From NCBI GenBank assembly GCA_037968515.1, contig JBBKVQ010000273.1, positions 1 to 59,214 of the forward strand: a stretch of DNA of 59,214 bases, written 5' to 3'. The DNA is from Bradymonadaceae bacterium. GTDB lineage: Bacteria; Myxococcota_A; Bradymonadia; Bradymonadales; Bradymonadaceae. This document shows, one piece after another, positions 17,318 through 27,261 of the stretch. How positions within the stretch are numbered: position 1 is the first letter of the stretch; each line of letters begins with the position of its first letter. The notes beneath the pieces are model-generated. The model did not search any database, was not told the DNA's origin, and saw only the letters and a program-made list of their open reading frames with translations. A program made the translations under genes and the position numbers.

Positions 17318-17887
17318 ATGGCAGTTACGAAATTTGTAGACGAAAACTTCATCGAAAGAGCCGAAGATGCCGAGGGTTTGGTTGCCGCGATTGAGCGTCA
17401 AGAGCTGACTTTGGCGAACCTTCGTCGGCGTTTTGAGGAAAACCCCACAGACGCGCTCAACGCCGATATCGGTCGAGCGATCCAACGCCTGAGCGAATGG
17501 AAGCGACTCGCCGGGGACTATCAGGAGGCGTTGGTTCTTAAAGACGAAGCGATCGCCGTATGGGCTGCTCTAGGGCGCGAGAAAGCCCGGACGCTGACGC
17601 AGCTGCAGAAGGCTGAAACCCAACATCTGGCAGGGGACCACGAAAGTGCTTACAAGCGTTTTGCGCTGCTGATTCCTCGACTCACGAGCATCGAAGAGTT
17701 CTCAATTTATCTGGATTTCGCTTACGAATGGCTGGCCCGCTGTCAGATTCGTGATGGGCTCGTTTTGGAAGCGCTCGACTCGATGAGTGAGTGTTTAGTG
17801 CTGCGCGAGACACGCGGAAATGCCACGCAGCTTGCCTACACCCGTGAACTTGTGGAAAGAATGGCCGCACTCGTGCCTAGCACCTGA
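17318..17887 (+). CDS. Hypothetical helical-repeat (TPR-like) protein
   Basis: The ATG at 17318 is preceded by AAGGAG. The upstream part of the track ORF (17159-17317) overlaps the thioesterase gene and looks non-coding in that frame. Confidence 0.55.
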   Translation: MAVTKFVDENFIERAEDAEGLVAAIERQELTLANLRRRFEENPTDALNADIGRAIQRLSEWKRLAGDYQEALVLKDEAIAVWAALGREKARTLTQLQKAETQHLAGDHESAYKRFALLIPRLTSIEEFSIYLDFAYEWLARCQIRDGLVLEALDSMSECLVLRETRGNATQLAYTRELVERMAALVPST

Positions 17888-17915
17888 GTTCTATTCACAC
17901 TGCGGGAGGCGGTTT

Positions 17916-18425
17916 GTGGGCATAAAAAATAGTTGGGTCCTCGTGTTATTCGTTGCAGGTATTGCATCGTGTGCCACTTCGTCAAAATCTACCCCGATCC
18001 GGGAAACCACTGCAGAAACCAAGGCCGAAGTACCCGTTGATTCAACGAGCACTGAAGACGCGACGCAGCCGCCCGCCGACGGAGAAATTACGTTGGATGG
18101 GGCTAAAACCACTGAGGTGGACATCGGCGTAACAGGCACCAGCACCGGGCCGGTGGTGGTGGACAGCGCGATTCAAAACCCCGAGCCGAAACCAGAAAAG
18201 TCGGAAGAGGAAATGCAACGAGCGATGATCGACGCCATCACTGGGAAGGATGAAACCGCGACAGGCACGATGGAGCAGTCGGCCGTGGTCGAAGAGCCGG
18301 TCAAAACTGCTGATGAGAAGGCCAAGAAAAAAGACGCAAAGAAAGTCGTTGAGAAGCCAAAAGTACCGGGTCAGCTGATCATCGATTCAGGCGATGCGGC
18401 ACCAGCGGCGCCTGCCGAACCGTGA
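17916..18425 (+). CDS. Acidic/Lys-rich low-complexity lipoprotein (hypothetical)
   Basis: GTG at 17916 follows GGGAGG, with lipobox 'VAGIASC'. The remainder is T/E/K/A/P-rich. Confidence 0.5.
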   Translation: MGIKNSWVLVLFVAGIASCATSSKSTPIRETTAETKAEVPVDSTSTEDATQPPADGEITLDGAKTTEVDIGVTGTSTGPVVVDSAIQNPEPKPEKSEEEMQRAMIDAITGKDETATGTMEQSAVVEEPVKTADEKAKKKDAKKVVEKPKVPGQLIIDSGDAAPAAPAEP

Positions 18426-18553
18426 CCGCCGACGGGGCCGTATTCCGAACACTACAAATATCCCTCATTAATCAAACCACTTATTGAATTGGTTTTTAAC
18501 ATCTAATTGAGTGTACGGTGGATTTGACACCATCACTCATGAGGGATTCCATA

Positions 18554-19078
18554 ATGAAATCAACTGTATTTGAAGCGCAAAAGCCACTCAGAGAACGCTA
18601 TGTGACCGAGCCAAATTTGGCGATGGTCACCGATCACGCAAGAACATCGAGTGAAGACGCTGCGGATCCATTTCATTCAATGGTCGAGCCGATGGATGGT
18701 TGTGGTGTCTCGGTTCCTGTGGGTGTTCATGCAGCCCTCGGAGGCAAGCATGATGCTCCAACACCTGGTGATTTGCTGTGTGCGGCCTTGGCGGCTTGCC
18801 AAGACTCGTCCATTCGGCTGGTCGCTAATTTGTTAGGCGTAGAGCTGCTTGAGTTAGAAGTTAAAGTCACAGCCACAGCAGATGTTCGAGGTGCACTCAT
18901 GATGGACCGAAGCGTGCCGGTTGGCTTTCAAAGCATGAGCTGCGAAGTAATAATGAAAGTAAAAGAAGGGACTGAACAGAGACAGATTGAACGTCTGCAA
19001 TCAGCATCAAAGGCATGTTGCGTTGTCCAGCAGACACTTAAGTCGCCGCCACCAGTAGAGACGACATTTATCTCGTAG
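18554..19078 (+). CDS. OsmC/Ohr-family peroxiredoxin-like protein
   Basis: ATG at 18554 follows GAGGGA. The motif 'TPGDLLCAALAACQ' and a second Cys region 'ASKACCVVQQTL' fit the OsmC fold. Confidence 0.75.
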   Translation: MKSTVFEAQKPLRERYVTEPNLAMVTDHARTSSEDAADPFHSMVEPMDGCGVSVPVGVHAALGGKHDAPTPGDLLCAALAACQDSSIRLVANLLGVELLELEVKVTATADVRGALMMDRSVPVGFQSMSCEVIMKVKEGTEQRQIERLQSASKACCVVQQTLKSPPPVETTFIS

Positions 19079-19099
19079 GCCCTCGCATGAGGCCGTGCC

Positions 19100-19864
19100 T
19101 TAATAGCGGCTGGCCCACGCCGCCAAAATCCCGCCGACCCACTCCGAATCTGAACGACGTCGAATCAAGTGGTCCGCGCCGTCAAGCGCAATAAAACTCT
19201 TCGGATGCCGAGCCGCATCGTAAATGTGTTTGGCCTGTTCGATGCCCACGATTTCGTCGACCGGCGAATGAATCACCAACAGCGCGCGCCCAAGCTTAGC
19301 TAGGCGTTTCATCTGTGCCTGTTCGGCAAGGTCCATGAGCAGTTGCCCCTTGATCACAAAAGGCCTTCCCCCGAGTTGCACGGTCGCTTTGTCGTCGGCC
19401 TTCAAGTCAGGAGCCTGTTTTTCGATCAGGTGCGCCACGTGAAACGGATCACACGGCGCGCCGATCGTCGCCACAGCAGTCGATTCGGGAATGCGTGCAG
19501 CTGCCGCGATGACAGCCGCACCGCCAAGACTATGGCCAAACAACAAGCGGGGAGCTTCATGATTCTGGCGTAGATAATCTGCCGCTGCCTTCAAGTCCTC
19601 GACGTTGGAAGAAAAGTTAGTTTCCGCAAAATCACCTGCGCTTTCTCCGAGGCCAGTGAAATCAAAGCTCAAAACTGCCCATCCGTGATCAGCCAATGTG
19701 GAAGCAATTCGCACGGCCCCCAAGAGATCTTTAGAACAAGTAAAACAATGAGCAAAAAGCGCAAAACCAGAAGGTTTGCGGTCGGCAGGCCAATGAATAC
19801 GCCCGGCCAATCGATGCCCGTTTGCACCGTCAAACTCGACCTTTTCTGAATCGTTGGAACCCAC
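19100..19864 (-). CDS. Alpha/beta-fold hydrolase
   Basis: 254 aa with the nucleophile elbow 'GHSLGG' and a C-terminal 'DGADHL' His region. The N-terminal 'FAHCFTCSKD' resembles the hydrolase half of hydrolase-OsmC fusion proteins (from memory). Confidence 0.8.
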   Translation of the reverse strand: MGSNDSEKVEFDGANGHRLAGRIHWPADRKPSGFALFAHCFTCSKDLLGAVRIASTLADHGWAVLSFDFTGLGESAGDFAETNFSSNVEDLKAAADYLRQNHEAPRLLFGHSLGGAAVIAAAARIPESTAVATIGAPCDPFHVAHLIEKQAPDLKADDKATVQLGGRPFVIKGQLLMDLAEQAQMKRLAKLGRALLVIHSPVDEIVGIEQAKHIYDAARHPKSFIALDGADHLIRRRSDSEWVGGILAAWASRY

Positions 19865-19896
19865 GGAAACCTTGATGCTAAGGCGCTAAACGCGCG

Positions 19897-20556
19897 CTAA
19901 ATTGGATCAATCAAGTGAGCACCTTCGTGACCCGCTGAATTGACGGCCTGAGAGACCGCCCAGGCCTCAAAGATGTCTTCGGGCGCGGGCCGTATCAATG
20001 GACGGATGTCCTCCATAGATGTCGCCGGGTCCAGCCAGGTTGCGTAATCCTTGGCAGGCACGACCACTGGCATCCGGTCGTGCAGGTTTTCAACCAGCTT
20101 GTTCGGAGTCGTGGTCAGAATCGAACACGAGACTGTAGGCGGCCCATCTGGCCCTTTCCACAGGTCCCAGACGCCCGCAAAGGCCCCTAGATTGTCCACA
20201 AAATGAATATAGGTGGGCTGGCGAGCCTTACCGACTTTCGTCCACTCAAAGAAGCCTGAGGCAGGGATCAAACATCGACGACGGGTCATGGGTTCACGAA
20301 ACGAGGGTTTTGTCTCTGCGGTCTCACTCCGAGCATTGAAACAGCGATTTCCTATCGATTCGTCGTTGGCCCAGAATGGAATCAAACCCCAGCGCAACAT
20401 GGTCGCGCGGTTTTCGCCGAACTTATCCCGGCGAATCGCCATCACAGCCTGTGTCGGCGCGATATTATATCGAGGGTCGAGTTCCTCACGAAACACGACT
20501 TTAAACAGGGATTCGATCTGTTTTGCTGGAGCTGTCAGGGTAAATCGTCCACACAT
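19897..20556 (-). CDS. yedK: SOS response-associated peptidase (SRAP/YedK, abasic-site processing protein)
   Basis: It starts at the conserved 'MCGRF' with catalytic Cys2. Motifs 'YNIAPTQ', 'WGLIPFW', 'NARSET' and 'RCLIPASGFFEW' are present. The track ORF extends 20 codons further upstream. Confidence 0.9.
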   Translation of the reverse strand: MCGRFTLTAPAKQIESLFKVVFREELDPRYNIAPTQAVMAIRRDKFGENRATMLRWGLIPFWANDESIGNRCFNARSETAETKPSFREPMTRRRCLIPASGFFEWTKVGKARQPTYIHFVDNLGAFAGVWDLWKGPDGPPTVSCSILTTTPNKLVENLHDRMPVVVPAKDYATWLDPATSMEDIRPLIRPAPEDIFEAWAVSQAVNSAGHEGAHLIDPI

Positions 20557-20615
20557 CTCGATCCCGCGGCTGTTTCCATGCACAATCAACGTGGGTATTC
20601 GAACACGGACAAACA

Positions 20616-22247
20616 TTGGTGTCGACGAGAGCCAAATTTTTGGGAGCGGTCTTTTTGCTGATTATGTTGGCGGGGTGCAACTTGCCAGGGATCGGCTTTT
20701 ACGGAACCACAAAACCTGAGCCCCCCTCTGGACCGCAGGTGTGTGAGCCAAGCAGTCGTCGTTGCACGTCGGGCAATACCCTGCAGGTCTGCGCCGTGGA
20801 CGGCAGTGATTTTGACGTACGCGCCTGCCTGAACAGCGAAACCTGCAGCAACGGGACATGTGGCGCGATCGAAAATACCTGTGCAGCAGGACAACCCTTC
20901 AGCTTTTCAGCAACGCGGATCGAGTTCGAGGTTCGCGCCGACTATAAATCACAAGTAGCCGCGATTTTGGTCGAAAATTGCAGCGACCGAGAAATCGTCA
21001 TTGAACAAGCGATTGTGCGCAGTCCCAAACGTCCTGACGGAGCCTCGGTTTTTATTCTGACCTCGGAATTTGGGCAGCGCATCAAGGTTGCGCCTCAGTC
21101 CAAGATCGCTGTTGGCGTGACCTACCGACCAAGTCCAGGACTTAGCCGAGTGGTCGGGTCGCTTGATCTGGGCATTACCTCTAATTCCTACGGCCGCTAC
21201 TCGATCCCACTCACGACCCGCGCCGTGTGCGCGTCCTCGACGCCGATCTTGCGTCTGGGGGTGGTTCAGGACCCCATCGCCGAAACGATTTATTTTCAAA
21301 ACTGTGGCACAGAATCGGTCGAAATTACCGAAATCACGTCCGGTCAAACGATCGCTGTGCCACTTCGAAAATTGCCCATCACCGTCAAGCCTTTGCAGCA
21401 CCTTGAAGTGGAAATCCTTCCCCCGACCGAGCTCGGGTTAGTTGACGACCGCATCGAATTTAAGAGCGGTGAAGCGACGCTGGCCACCACGCAAGTGAAG
21501 GGTTTTGTCGCTGAACCTGAGTGCGCGACGCTCAGTCTTGGAGAGTTCGCATCGACTTTGCCCCTTAGGGTGCGGAGCACTGTCGCCATCGTTCCGGACT
21601 CGGTCGAGGCCGGCACAGTTCCGTTTTTCGAGATGATCGAGCGGCCCATCGCTAGCCAATCCAACGCGATATCAAGAGGTGAGTACGCCACCCTCAAGCC
21701 CGATATCGTGGGCCCTTACGTCGTGCAGGCGCGGGCAATCAACGACACAGCGGTGGGTTGTGGACTTGTCCAATCGGTGTTTGAAGCCCTGCCCGATAAA
21801 CCCTATCTGGTTGAAGTAACTTGGGAAAATGTCGGGGATCTGATTCCTGACGATGCCGGGCCGGGCCGGGGCGTCAATTTGGACCTACACGTCGTTTTAA
21901 GGGATTCGGAATCGGGCTGGCTTGGTCCAGCGGACTGCCACGTCGATCAACAATCATGCGCCGAGGGCCGAGCCATCATGGTGTCGTCGAGTTTTGCAGG
22001 AGAACGGCCCGAGGTGGTCGTGGTCAAAGACGAACTCACGGACTTCGATGTCGGTGTCCATCTGGCGAACCCTTTTGGGTTTCCAGGAGCTCGCGCCACC
22101 GTGCGAGTGTTTGCCGACGGCTTATTGGTTGAAGAGACCACCCGGCTGTTGGTCACGGCGAATGAGTTTTGGTGGGTTGGGCGGTGGCAAGCGAGCAACC
22201 AGGCATGGACCGGGGTCGACTCGGTCTTTGATGGCGTGCCTCGCTAG
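20616..22247 (+). CDS. Secreted lipoprotein with a Cys-rich N-module and PapD/ASH-like beta-sandwich repeats (hypothetical)
   Basis: Lipobox 'MLAGC'. A Cys-rich segment 'CEPSSRRCTSGNTLQVCAVDGSDFDVRACLNSETCSNGTCG' is followed by two segments with the pattern '..ENCSDREIVIEQAIV..' and '..FQNCGTESVEITEITS..'. Confidence 0.6.
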   Translation: MVSTRAKFLGAVFLLIMLAGCNLPGIGFYGTTKPEPPSGPQVCEPSSRRCTSGNTLQVCAVDGSDFDVRACLNSETCSNGTCGAIENTCAAGQPFSFSATRIEFEVRADYKSQVAAILVENCSDREIVIEQAIVRSPKRPDGASVFILTSEFGQRIKVAPQSKIAVGVTYRPSPGLSRVVGSLDLGITSNSYGRYSIPLTTRAVCASSTPILRLGVVQDPIAETIYFQNCGTESVEITEITSGQTIAVPLRKLPITVKPLQHLEVEILPPTELGLVDDRIEFKSGEATLATTQVKGFVAEPECATLSLGEFASTLPLRVRSTVAIVPDSVEAGTVPFFEMIERPIASQSNAISRGEYATLKPDIVGPYVVQARAINDTAVGCGLVQSVFEALPDKPYLVEVTWENVGDLIPDDAGPGRGVNLDLHVVLRDSESGWLGPADCHVDQQSCAEGRAIMVSSSFAGERPEVVVVKDELTDFDVGVHLANPFGFPGARATVRVFADGLLVEETTRLLVTANEFWWVGRWQASNQAWTGVDSVFDGVPR

Positions 22248-22250
22248 GTG

Positions 22251-22520
22251 TTAGACGGCGAGCGACTCGTCGGCGACCAGCATCATATCGAGTGCGAAGC
22301 GCACCAAATCAGCAGCCTTGCTGCGAATGAACTGTTCGGGCATCGACGTGTCGCATCTAACCTTCGAAATCACTGATCCCCCGGTTGGAAAATCAAATCT
22401 CGCTTTGGCATAAAACGTATTCCCACGGGTCGTCACCGCCACTCGCGTTTGCCAGCCCAGCGGGCTTGAGAGGTTAGCGACATAACCGCCAAGCATTCGT
22501 TCAAAAAGTTCCTGATCCAT
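22251..22520 (-). CDS. Hypothetical small protein
   Basis: 89-aa ORF in the gap between convergent genes. There are no recognisable motifs. Confidence 0.35.
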   Translation of the reverse strand: MDQELFERMLGGYVANLSSPLGWQTRVAVTTRGNTFYAKARFDFPTGGSVISKVRCDTSMPEQFIRSKAADLVRFALDMMLVADESLAV

Positions 22521-22607
22521 AGTCCCTACACTGCCTAGTTTTCTGAACCGTAAGCAGTGTCTAGCACTTCAAAGCCGACGACAAAAAAACACACCTAGAT
22601 TCTTGGT

Positions 22608-24749
22608 TCAGGGAAGCTTTAACCCAAGCATACTGGCCAGAAACGCGTATGTATCCGCGTCATTAGCTACGTGTTGTTTGATCAAATCGGCGCCCCCATG
22701 GCCCGAGTTTCTCTCGACCCGCATCAAAACGGGTGATCGGCTTGAAGTGGCCTCTTGAACCGCCCCCACAAATTTTCGGGCATGCATCGGGTCGACACGG
22801 TCGTCGCTATCAGCGGTGTTCATCAACAATGCGGGGTAAGCCGTACCGGGCTCTACGTGATGGTAAGGCGAATACGAATATAACGTCTTGAACTGCTCGG
22901 CGTCGGTCGGGTCGCCGTACTCGGAGATCCATGTTTTTCCACTGCCGAACTCGGTGTAACGAACCATATCCAAGAGCGGCACTTCACAGACGACCGCCCC
23001 AAAGAGTTCAGGGCGCTGCACCATGGCGGCGCCAACCAAAAGGCCTCCGTTTGAGCCCCCGCGGATGCCGAGTTTTTCGGAACTTGTATAACCGTTCGAA
23101 ATCAACCATTCGGCGCCCGCAATGAAGTCGTCAAAAACGTTCTGCTTTTTGTCGAGCATTCCGGCCTGATGCCACGCTTCGCCGTACTCAGCACCACCAC
23201 GAAGATTCGCCACAGCGTAGCCACCGCCCGCTTCGAGCCAAGGGTAGATGCTCGCCCTAAAATACGGCGATAGGGTCACGGAAAAACCGCCGTAGCCGTA
23301 CAAAATAAACGGTGTTGTTTTATCCAAAGGCATGTCTTTTCGGTGGACAATAAACATCGGGATTTTTGTCCCGTCTTTACTCGGATAAAAAACCTGCTCG
23401 ACGATGTAGGGCTCGGGATCAATGGGAACCTTCACTTCGTTCCAAAGGTCGGTCGTCCCCGATTTAATGCTGGTTTTGTAAATTCTAAGTGGAGTCGTAA
23501 ACGATTGAAAACTGAAATAGGCATCATCGTCTTCAGGCGTACCCGTCATGCCAAAACTGGCGCCGACACCAGGCAATTCGATATCACGCAGCAGCTTGCC
23601 GGCAAGATCGTAAATGCGCATGTCGCTAGCTACGTCTTTGAGCAGTGTGAGGACCAATCGTCCGCCAATAATCTGAACGTTTTCGATCACCGATCCGTCG
23701 TCGAGTTCCGGGATGATTTCCTTCCAGTTCTTGCGGTCTAGGCTCTTCGACGGAGTTTTAAAAACTCGCCAGCGCGACGCGCCTTCGTTGGTGAAAATCA
23801 AGAAGTCGTCTTTCCACGGAAGGATAGAATAGAGGTTTTCCTGGCTCTGGATGAAGGGTTCGAATTTGGCTTCTTTTTTGGACAGGTCTTTGACCCAAAC
23901 CGAAGTGGCATTCCACCCTTTCCATTCGTAGTAGAGCAGCCAGCGGCCGTCCCAGCTGAGGTCAACGCCTACAAATCTTGTGGGGTCGCCAGTCTTTTCG
24001 TGGATCAGTTCGTCAGTTTTGGGGTCGGTTCCCAAGACATGATAGCGGATCTCAGCGTAACCAGGCCGCTCTTGAACCGTGATACTGGGGTCGTTGGGAA
24101 GGAAGGTGTAGTAGAACCCTTTGTTATCGCGGGTCCACGTGGCATCCGAATATTTGATGCCAGGGATCACGTCGATGTCGGTGGTCTTGCCAGTCGTCAC
24201 GTCCATGACATGCATGATGGCTTCATCAGCGTTGTTGGCCTTCAGGGAATAGGCCACTTTTTTGCCGTCCCAAGACGCCACGACAAACCCCACGGAGACA
24301 CTGCCGTCCTCACTCAACGTGTTGGGGTCCAGCAGTACCTTTTCGGCACCTTCTGCACCGTCACGATAATAGTAGACTGACTTCTCACGGTCCGCGTGGC
24401 GACGTGTGTAGAAGTAGCGGTCCCCCTTGTGGCTTGGCGCCGAAATCGAGTCCACGTAGTAGAGCTCTGCGAACCGTTTTGCCAGCCCGTCTCGGCCAGG
24501 AAACGCCCCCAACTGAGCGCGGGCGCCTTTGTCCTGCTCGTCCATCCAAGCCTGCACTTCAGGAGACTTAACGTCTTCGAGCCAGCGGAACGGATCGGCG
24601 ACTTCAACGCCATGAATTGTATCGACGATCGTGTCGCGTCGTGTTTCCACAGTGGTCTCCGCCGCAGGGCCGTTGGTTTCTGATTGAGTGGTCGGGCTGG
24701 CGCTGCATGAAGCCAGAAGCGCCAACGTGGCTAAGAGTGATGCTCGCAT
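22608..24749 (-). CDS. Prolyl oligopeptidase (S9A family), lipoprotein form
   Basis: Start taken at 'MRASLLATLALLASCS', which contains a lipobox. Motifs 'DPFRWLED' and 'GGSNGGLLVGA' (catalytic Ser) and the C-terminal 'DDRVDPMHARKF' and 'GHGG' fit a beta-propeller plus alpha/beta catalytic architecture. Confidence 0.9.
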   Translation of the reverse strand: MRASLLATLALLASCSASPTTQSETNGPAAETTVETRRDTIVDTIHGVEVADPFRWLEDVKSPEVQAWMDEQDKGARAQLGAFPGRDGLAKRFAELYYVDSISAPSHKGDRYFYTRRHADREKSVYYYRDGAEGAEKVLLDPNTLSEDGSVSVGFVVASWDGKKVAYSLKANNADEAIMHVMDVTTGKTTDIDVIPGIKYSDATWTRDNKGFYYTFLPNDPSITVQERPGYAEIRYHVLGTDPKTDELIHEKTGDPTRFVGVDLSWDGRWLLYYEWKGWNATSVWVKDLSKKEAKFEPFIQSQENLYSILPWKDDFLIFTNEGASRWRVFKTPSKSLDRKNWKEIIPELDDGSVIENVQIIGGRLVLTLLKDVASDMRIYDLAGKLLRDIELPGVGASFGMTGTPEDDDAYFSFQSFTTPLRIYKTSIKSGTTDLWNEVKVPIDPEPYIVEQVFYPSKDGTKIPMFIVHRKDMPLDKTTPFILYGYGGFSVTLSPYFRASIYPWLEAGGGYAVANLRGGAEYGEAWHQAGMLDKKQNVFDDFIAGAEWLISNGYTSSEKLGIRGGSNGGLLVGAAMVQRPELFGAVVCEVPLLDMVRYTEFGSGKTWISEYGDPTDAEQFKTLYSYSPYHHVEPGTAYPALLMNTADSDDRVDPMHARKFVGAVQEATSSRSPVLMRVERNSGHGGADLIKQHVANDADTYAFLASMLGLKLP

Positions 24750-24881
24750 GTCTAACCTTGATTCAAGCCAAGTGTTTTCAACGCGCGACCCTACCATGAT
24801 GTCCGGTTCTTGCGAACGAAGCGAAGCCTAGGGAGTTGTCAAAAAACCGCGCTGGCTGGATAGCGCACGGCAGTGCGGAAT

Positions 24882-27167
24882 CTAGGGATTTAGTTCTTGC
24901 GAGCGGGTTTCGGCAAGTTCCCACATCCGGATATAACCTTCAGCGGAGCGAAACAGAATATCCATGTCTTCGTCTGTGACGCCGGTGCGCTGCGCGTCCT
25001 GAATCAGCTCGGCAACCATTCCAATATGAATCATGCCTTCGGTGTTAAAATCGACCACCCGCTCGCCCATCTGTGGCTGCTGAAAAGTGACTTTTCCGTC
25101 GAACGAATCAAACGGGTATTCGATTGGGTTTTCCTGAATGTTTGGACAGTTTGCATCGTCGCCAAACCGCGGTCCTTGAACGCCCGCGAGGCCGTTTAGA
25201 TCGAAACCAAATCCCTCAGCGGGATAACCGCCGGCCGCAACGATCGCGTCGCGGTGAGTGCGAAAGCGGTCTGCCATCGCACCGGGATCGGCGGGGTCTG
25301 CGCATCTAGAAAACCCTGCTTTTGAAACACCGCCAAGGTCGTAAAGCTTGCCACTGTTGGTATTTCCGTGGGTTCCAGCGGCGGGGTAGTTTGCAGCTTC
25401 GAGCTGCGCAAAAACTTCCAAGTAGGAGCGGCGCGGCAAATGGTCGATTTCGGGAATCATCCCGCGCGCCATCATGCCATTGATCAACGTCACCCCCGCG
25501 GCAGTTAGACTTCCCTTCTGGCACCACTCGCCTTCCAGTGGTGGCGCGCGTATCGCTGCAAGATAAGGAAGGACATCCTTGAGCGGGTTGGTCGAAAAAA
25601 TAATCAGTTCGTTTTCTGCAGGAGATAAATAATTGTCGCGCGGTTGATTCAGGCCGCCGAATTGCACCCCGCCTTTATCAAAAACGGTGTCCACAACCGG
25701 GCAGTCTTCAGTGAAATTGGAGTAGTGGCCGGTGCTAACAAAATTGCCCAACTCAATGATGCCGCGGTGGCCATCTCCGGGAGTGAACGCGTTGTCATAT
25801 TTGTGGTTAGGAAAAAGCGCGCGAATGCCCTTCGCGTAATATTCGTCGAGCTTCTGGTTGATGTACTCGTCCGTACATTCGGGGCTGCCATCATGTGGAG
25901 TCAGATAACAATCAAATAAATTCGGAGCCTCGATTCCAAGAATAATGGCGAGCTTGCCCTCGGCGATAACTTCGCGCGCTTGGGCAGGTGACTCGACCAC
26001 TCGGAACCAGCCTTCACCCGGTCCACCGGATTGCGCATCGATGTAGCGCTCCATGTTTCGGACCTCAAGAAGCTGGCGATCGACGTTAAACATGTCTTTG
26101 CACGAATATCGAGTGGGTTGAAAACCGGGATTGCCCATCAATTCACAAAAGACCTCGTTGGTGACGGCGTGTTGCACCATCAGGCGCAGGCCGCTCATCC
26201 AGGCGCGCTCTAACCACTTATAATATTGAGTTTGATGAGTTGCGCTGCGTTCGCTCGGCCAATCCGAATAGGTAGGCCAACCGTCCGTCGCATGGGCTGG
26301 ATTAGGCAGCCGACCGTTGCCCAAAAGACCAATCAGCGCGGCTTCATCCAGTGATTCTGAGCCATTTCCAAAGCCCGAACCCAACAAATCGGCGCGGCCT
26401 TCTTCGGCGTGGAACGGTTCGCACGAACCCATCGCGACCGACACTCCCAGGCGATGAAACGGGGCGCCATGAAAGATACCGCCGCCACCAAACCCGAAAT
26501 TGGCCAAGATATGAGAATGCGTATCGACGTAACCAAAGAGCGAGCCATCTTCGTAAGTTTTAGGCTCAATATTCCCGGTAGCGTCCAGCGACATTTCGGG
26601 GTGTTCGGTACACCCTTCTGCGGGCTCTAGCGTAATGATGCCGGCCTTAGTCGCCGAATCGACCAGACCATCAGCCCCCAGATATTGACCCGTTTTTCTA
26701 TTTTGAAGTTGGTATTTATTCGAGGCACGCTCGGAAAACTGCAGATGCCATTCAGCACCAGATACATACGTGTCATCGATCTCGTAGATATCGGACTTCA
26801 GCTCCGTCTGCCGCAGCATCGGACCATCATCGGAGACCAGATAGCCGCCGTCCACGTCGTAAAAAAGGTAGGTGCCAAGGTCGGAAGCCTTCATGAAAAA
26901 CTTCGATGCCTTCGACGCGTCATCGACAAGTAGGAACGAGGTCGCGTTGTCGGCCGCTGATACCACCAACGGCGCGTCTGAAATCGAATCTGCAAGCGAC
27001 AAGGCAACACAGTTGTTTACGAAGTCGAAGATGACTGATTCGGCAGGGTGTTCTAGCGGAATCGCGGCGGCGTCACTGCCCGCATCGGCGGTGTTGGATG
27101 GAGCGTCGTCTGCGCAACCGGCGGACCACAAAAGGGCAACGCCCATAAAAAACGGAAGGATCTTCAT
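24882..27167 (-). CDS. Large secreted lipoprotein, possible metal-dependent hydrolase with an N-terminal beta-trefoil/fascin-like module (function unknown)
   Basis: 761 aa with signal and lipobox 'MKILPFFMGVALLWSAGC'. The N-region 'YQLQNRKTGQYLGADG' is beta-trefoil-like. 'VDTHSHILANFGFGG' is an HxH-type metal motif. The family could not be assigned by eye. Confidence 0.6.
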   Translation of the reverse strand: MKILPFFMGVALLWSAGCADDAPSNTADAGSDAAAIPLEHPAESVIFDFVNNCVALSLADSISDAPLVVSAADNATSFLLVDDASKASKFFMKASDLGTYLFYDVDGGYLVSDDGPMLRQTELKSDIYEIDDTYVSGAEWHLQFSERASNKYQLQNRKTGQYLGADGLVDSATKAGIITLEPAEGCTEHPEMSLDATGNIEPKTYEDGSLFGYVDTHSHILANFGFGGGGIFHGAPFHRLGVSVAMGSCEPFHAEEGRADLLGSGFGNGSESLDEAALIGLLGNGRLPNPAHATDGWPTYSDWPSERSATHQTQYYKWLERAWMSGLRLMVQHAVTNEVFCELMGNPGFQPTRYSCKDMFNVDRQLLEVRNMERYIDAQSGGPGEGWFRVVESPAQAREVIAEGKLAIILGIEAPNLFDCYLTPHDGSPECTDEYINQKLDEYYAKGIRALFPNHKYDNAFTPGDGHRGIIELGNFVSTGHYSNFTEDCPVVDTVFDKGGVQFGGLNQPRDNYLSPAENELIIFSTNPLKDVLPYLAAIRAPPLEGEWCQKGSLTAAGVTLINGMMARGMIPEIDHLPRRSYLEVFAQLEAANYPAAGTHGNTNSGKLYDLGGVSKAGFSRCADPADPGAMADRFRTHRDAIVAAGGYPAEGFGFDLNGLAGVQGPRFGDDANCPNIQENPIEYPFDSFDGKVTFQQPQMGERVVDFNTEGMIHIGMVAELIQDAQRTGVTDEDMDILFRSAEGYIRMWELAETRSQELNP

Positions 27168-27261
27168 TCAACAACACCGGCAAGGGATTGGTCGGATCTT
27201 ACCGTTTTTTCGGGCGTGAGCAAAACCTAGTTCATCGTCCTTGGCCGCTGTATGACCAGCA

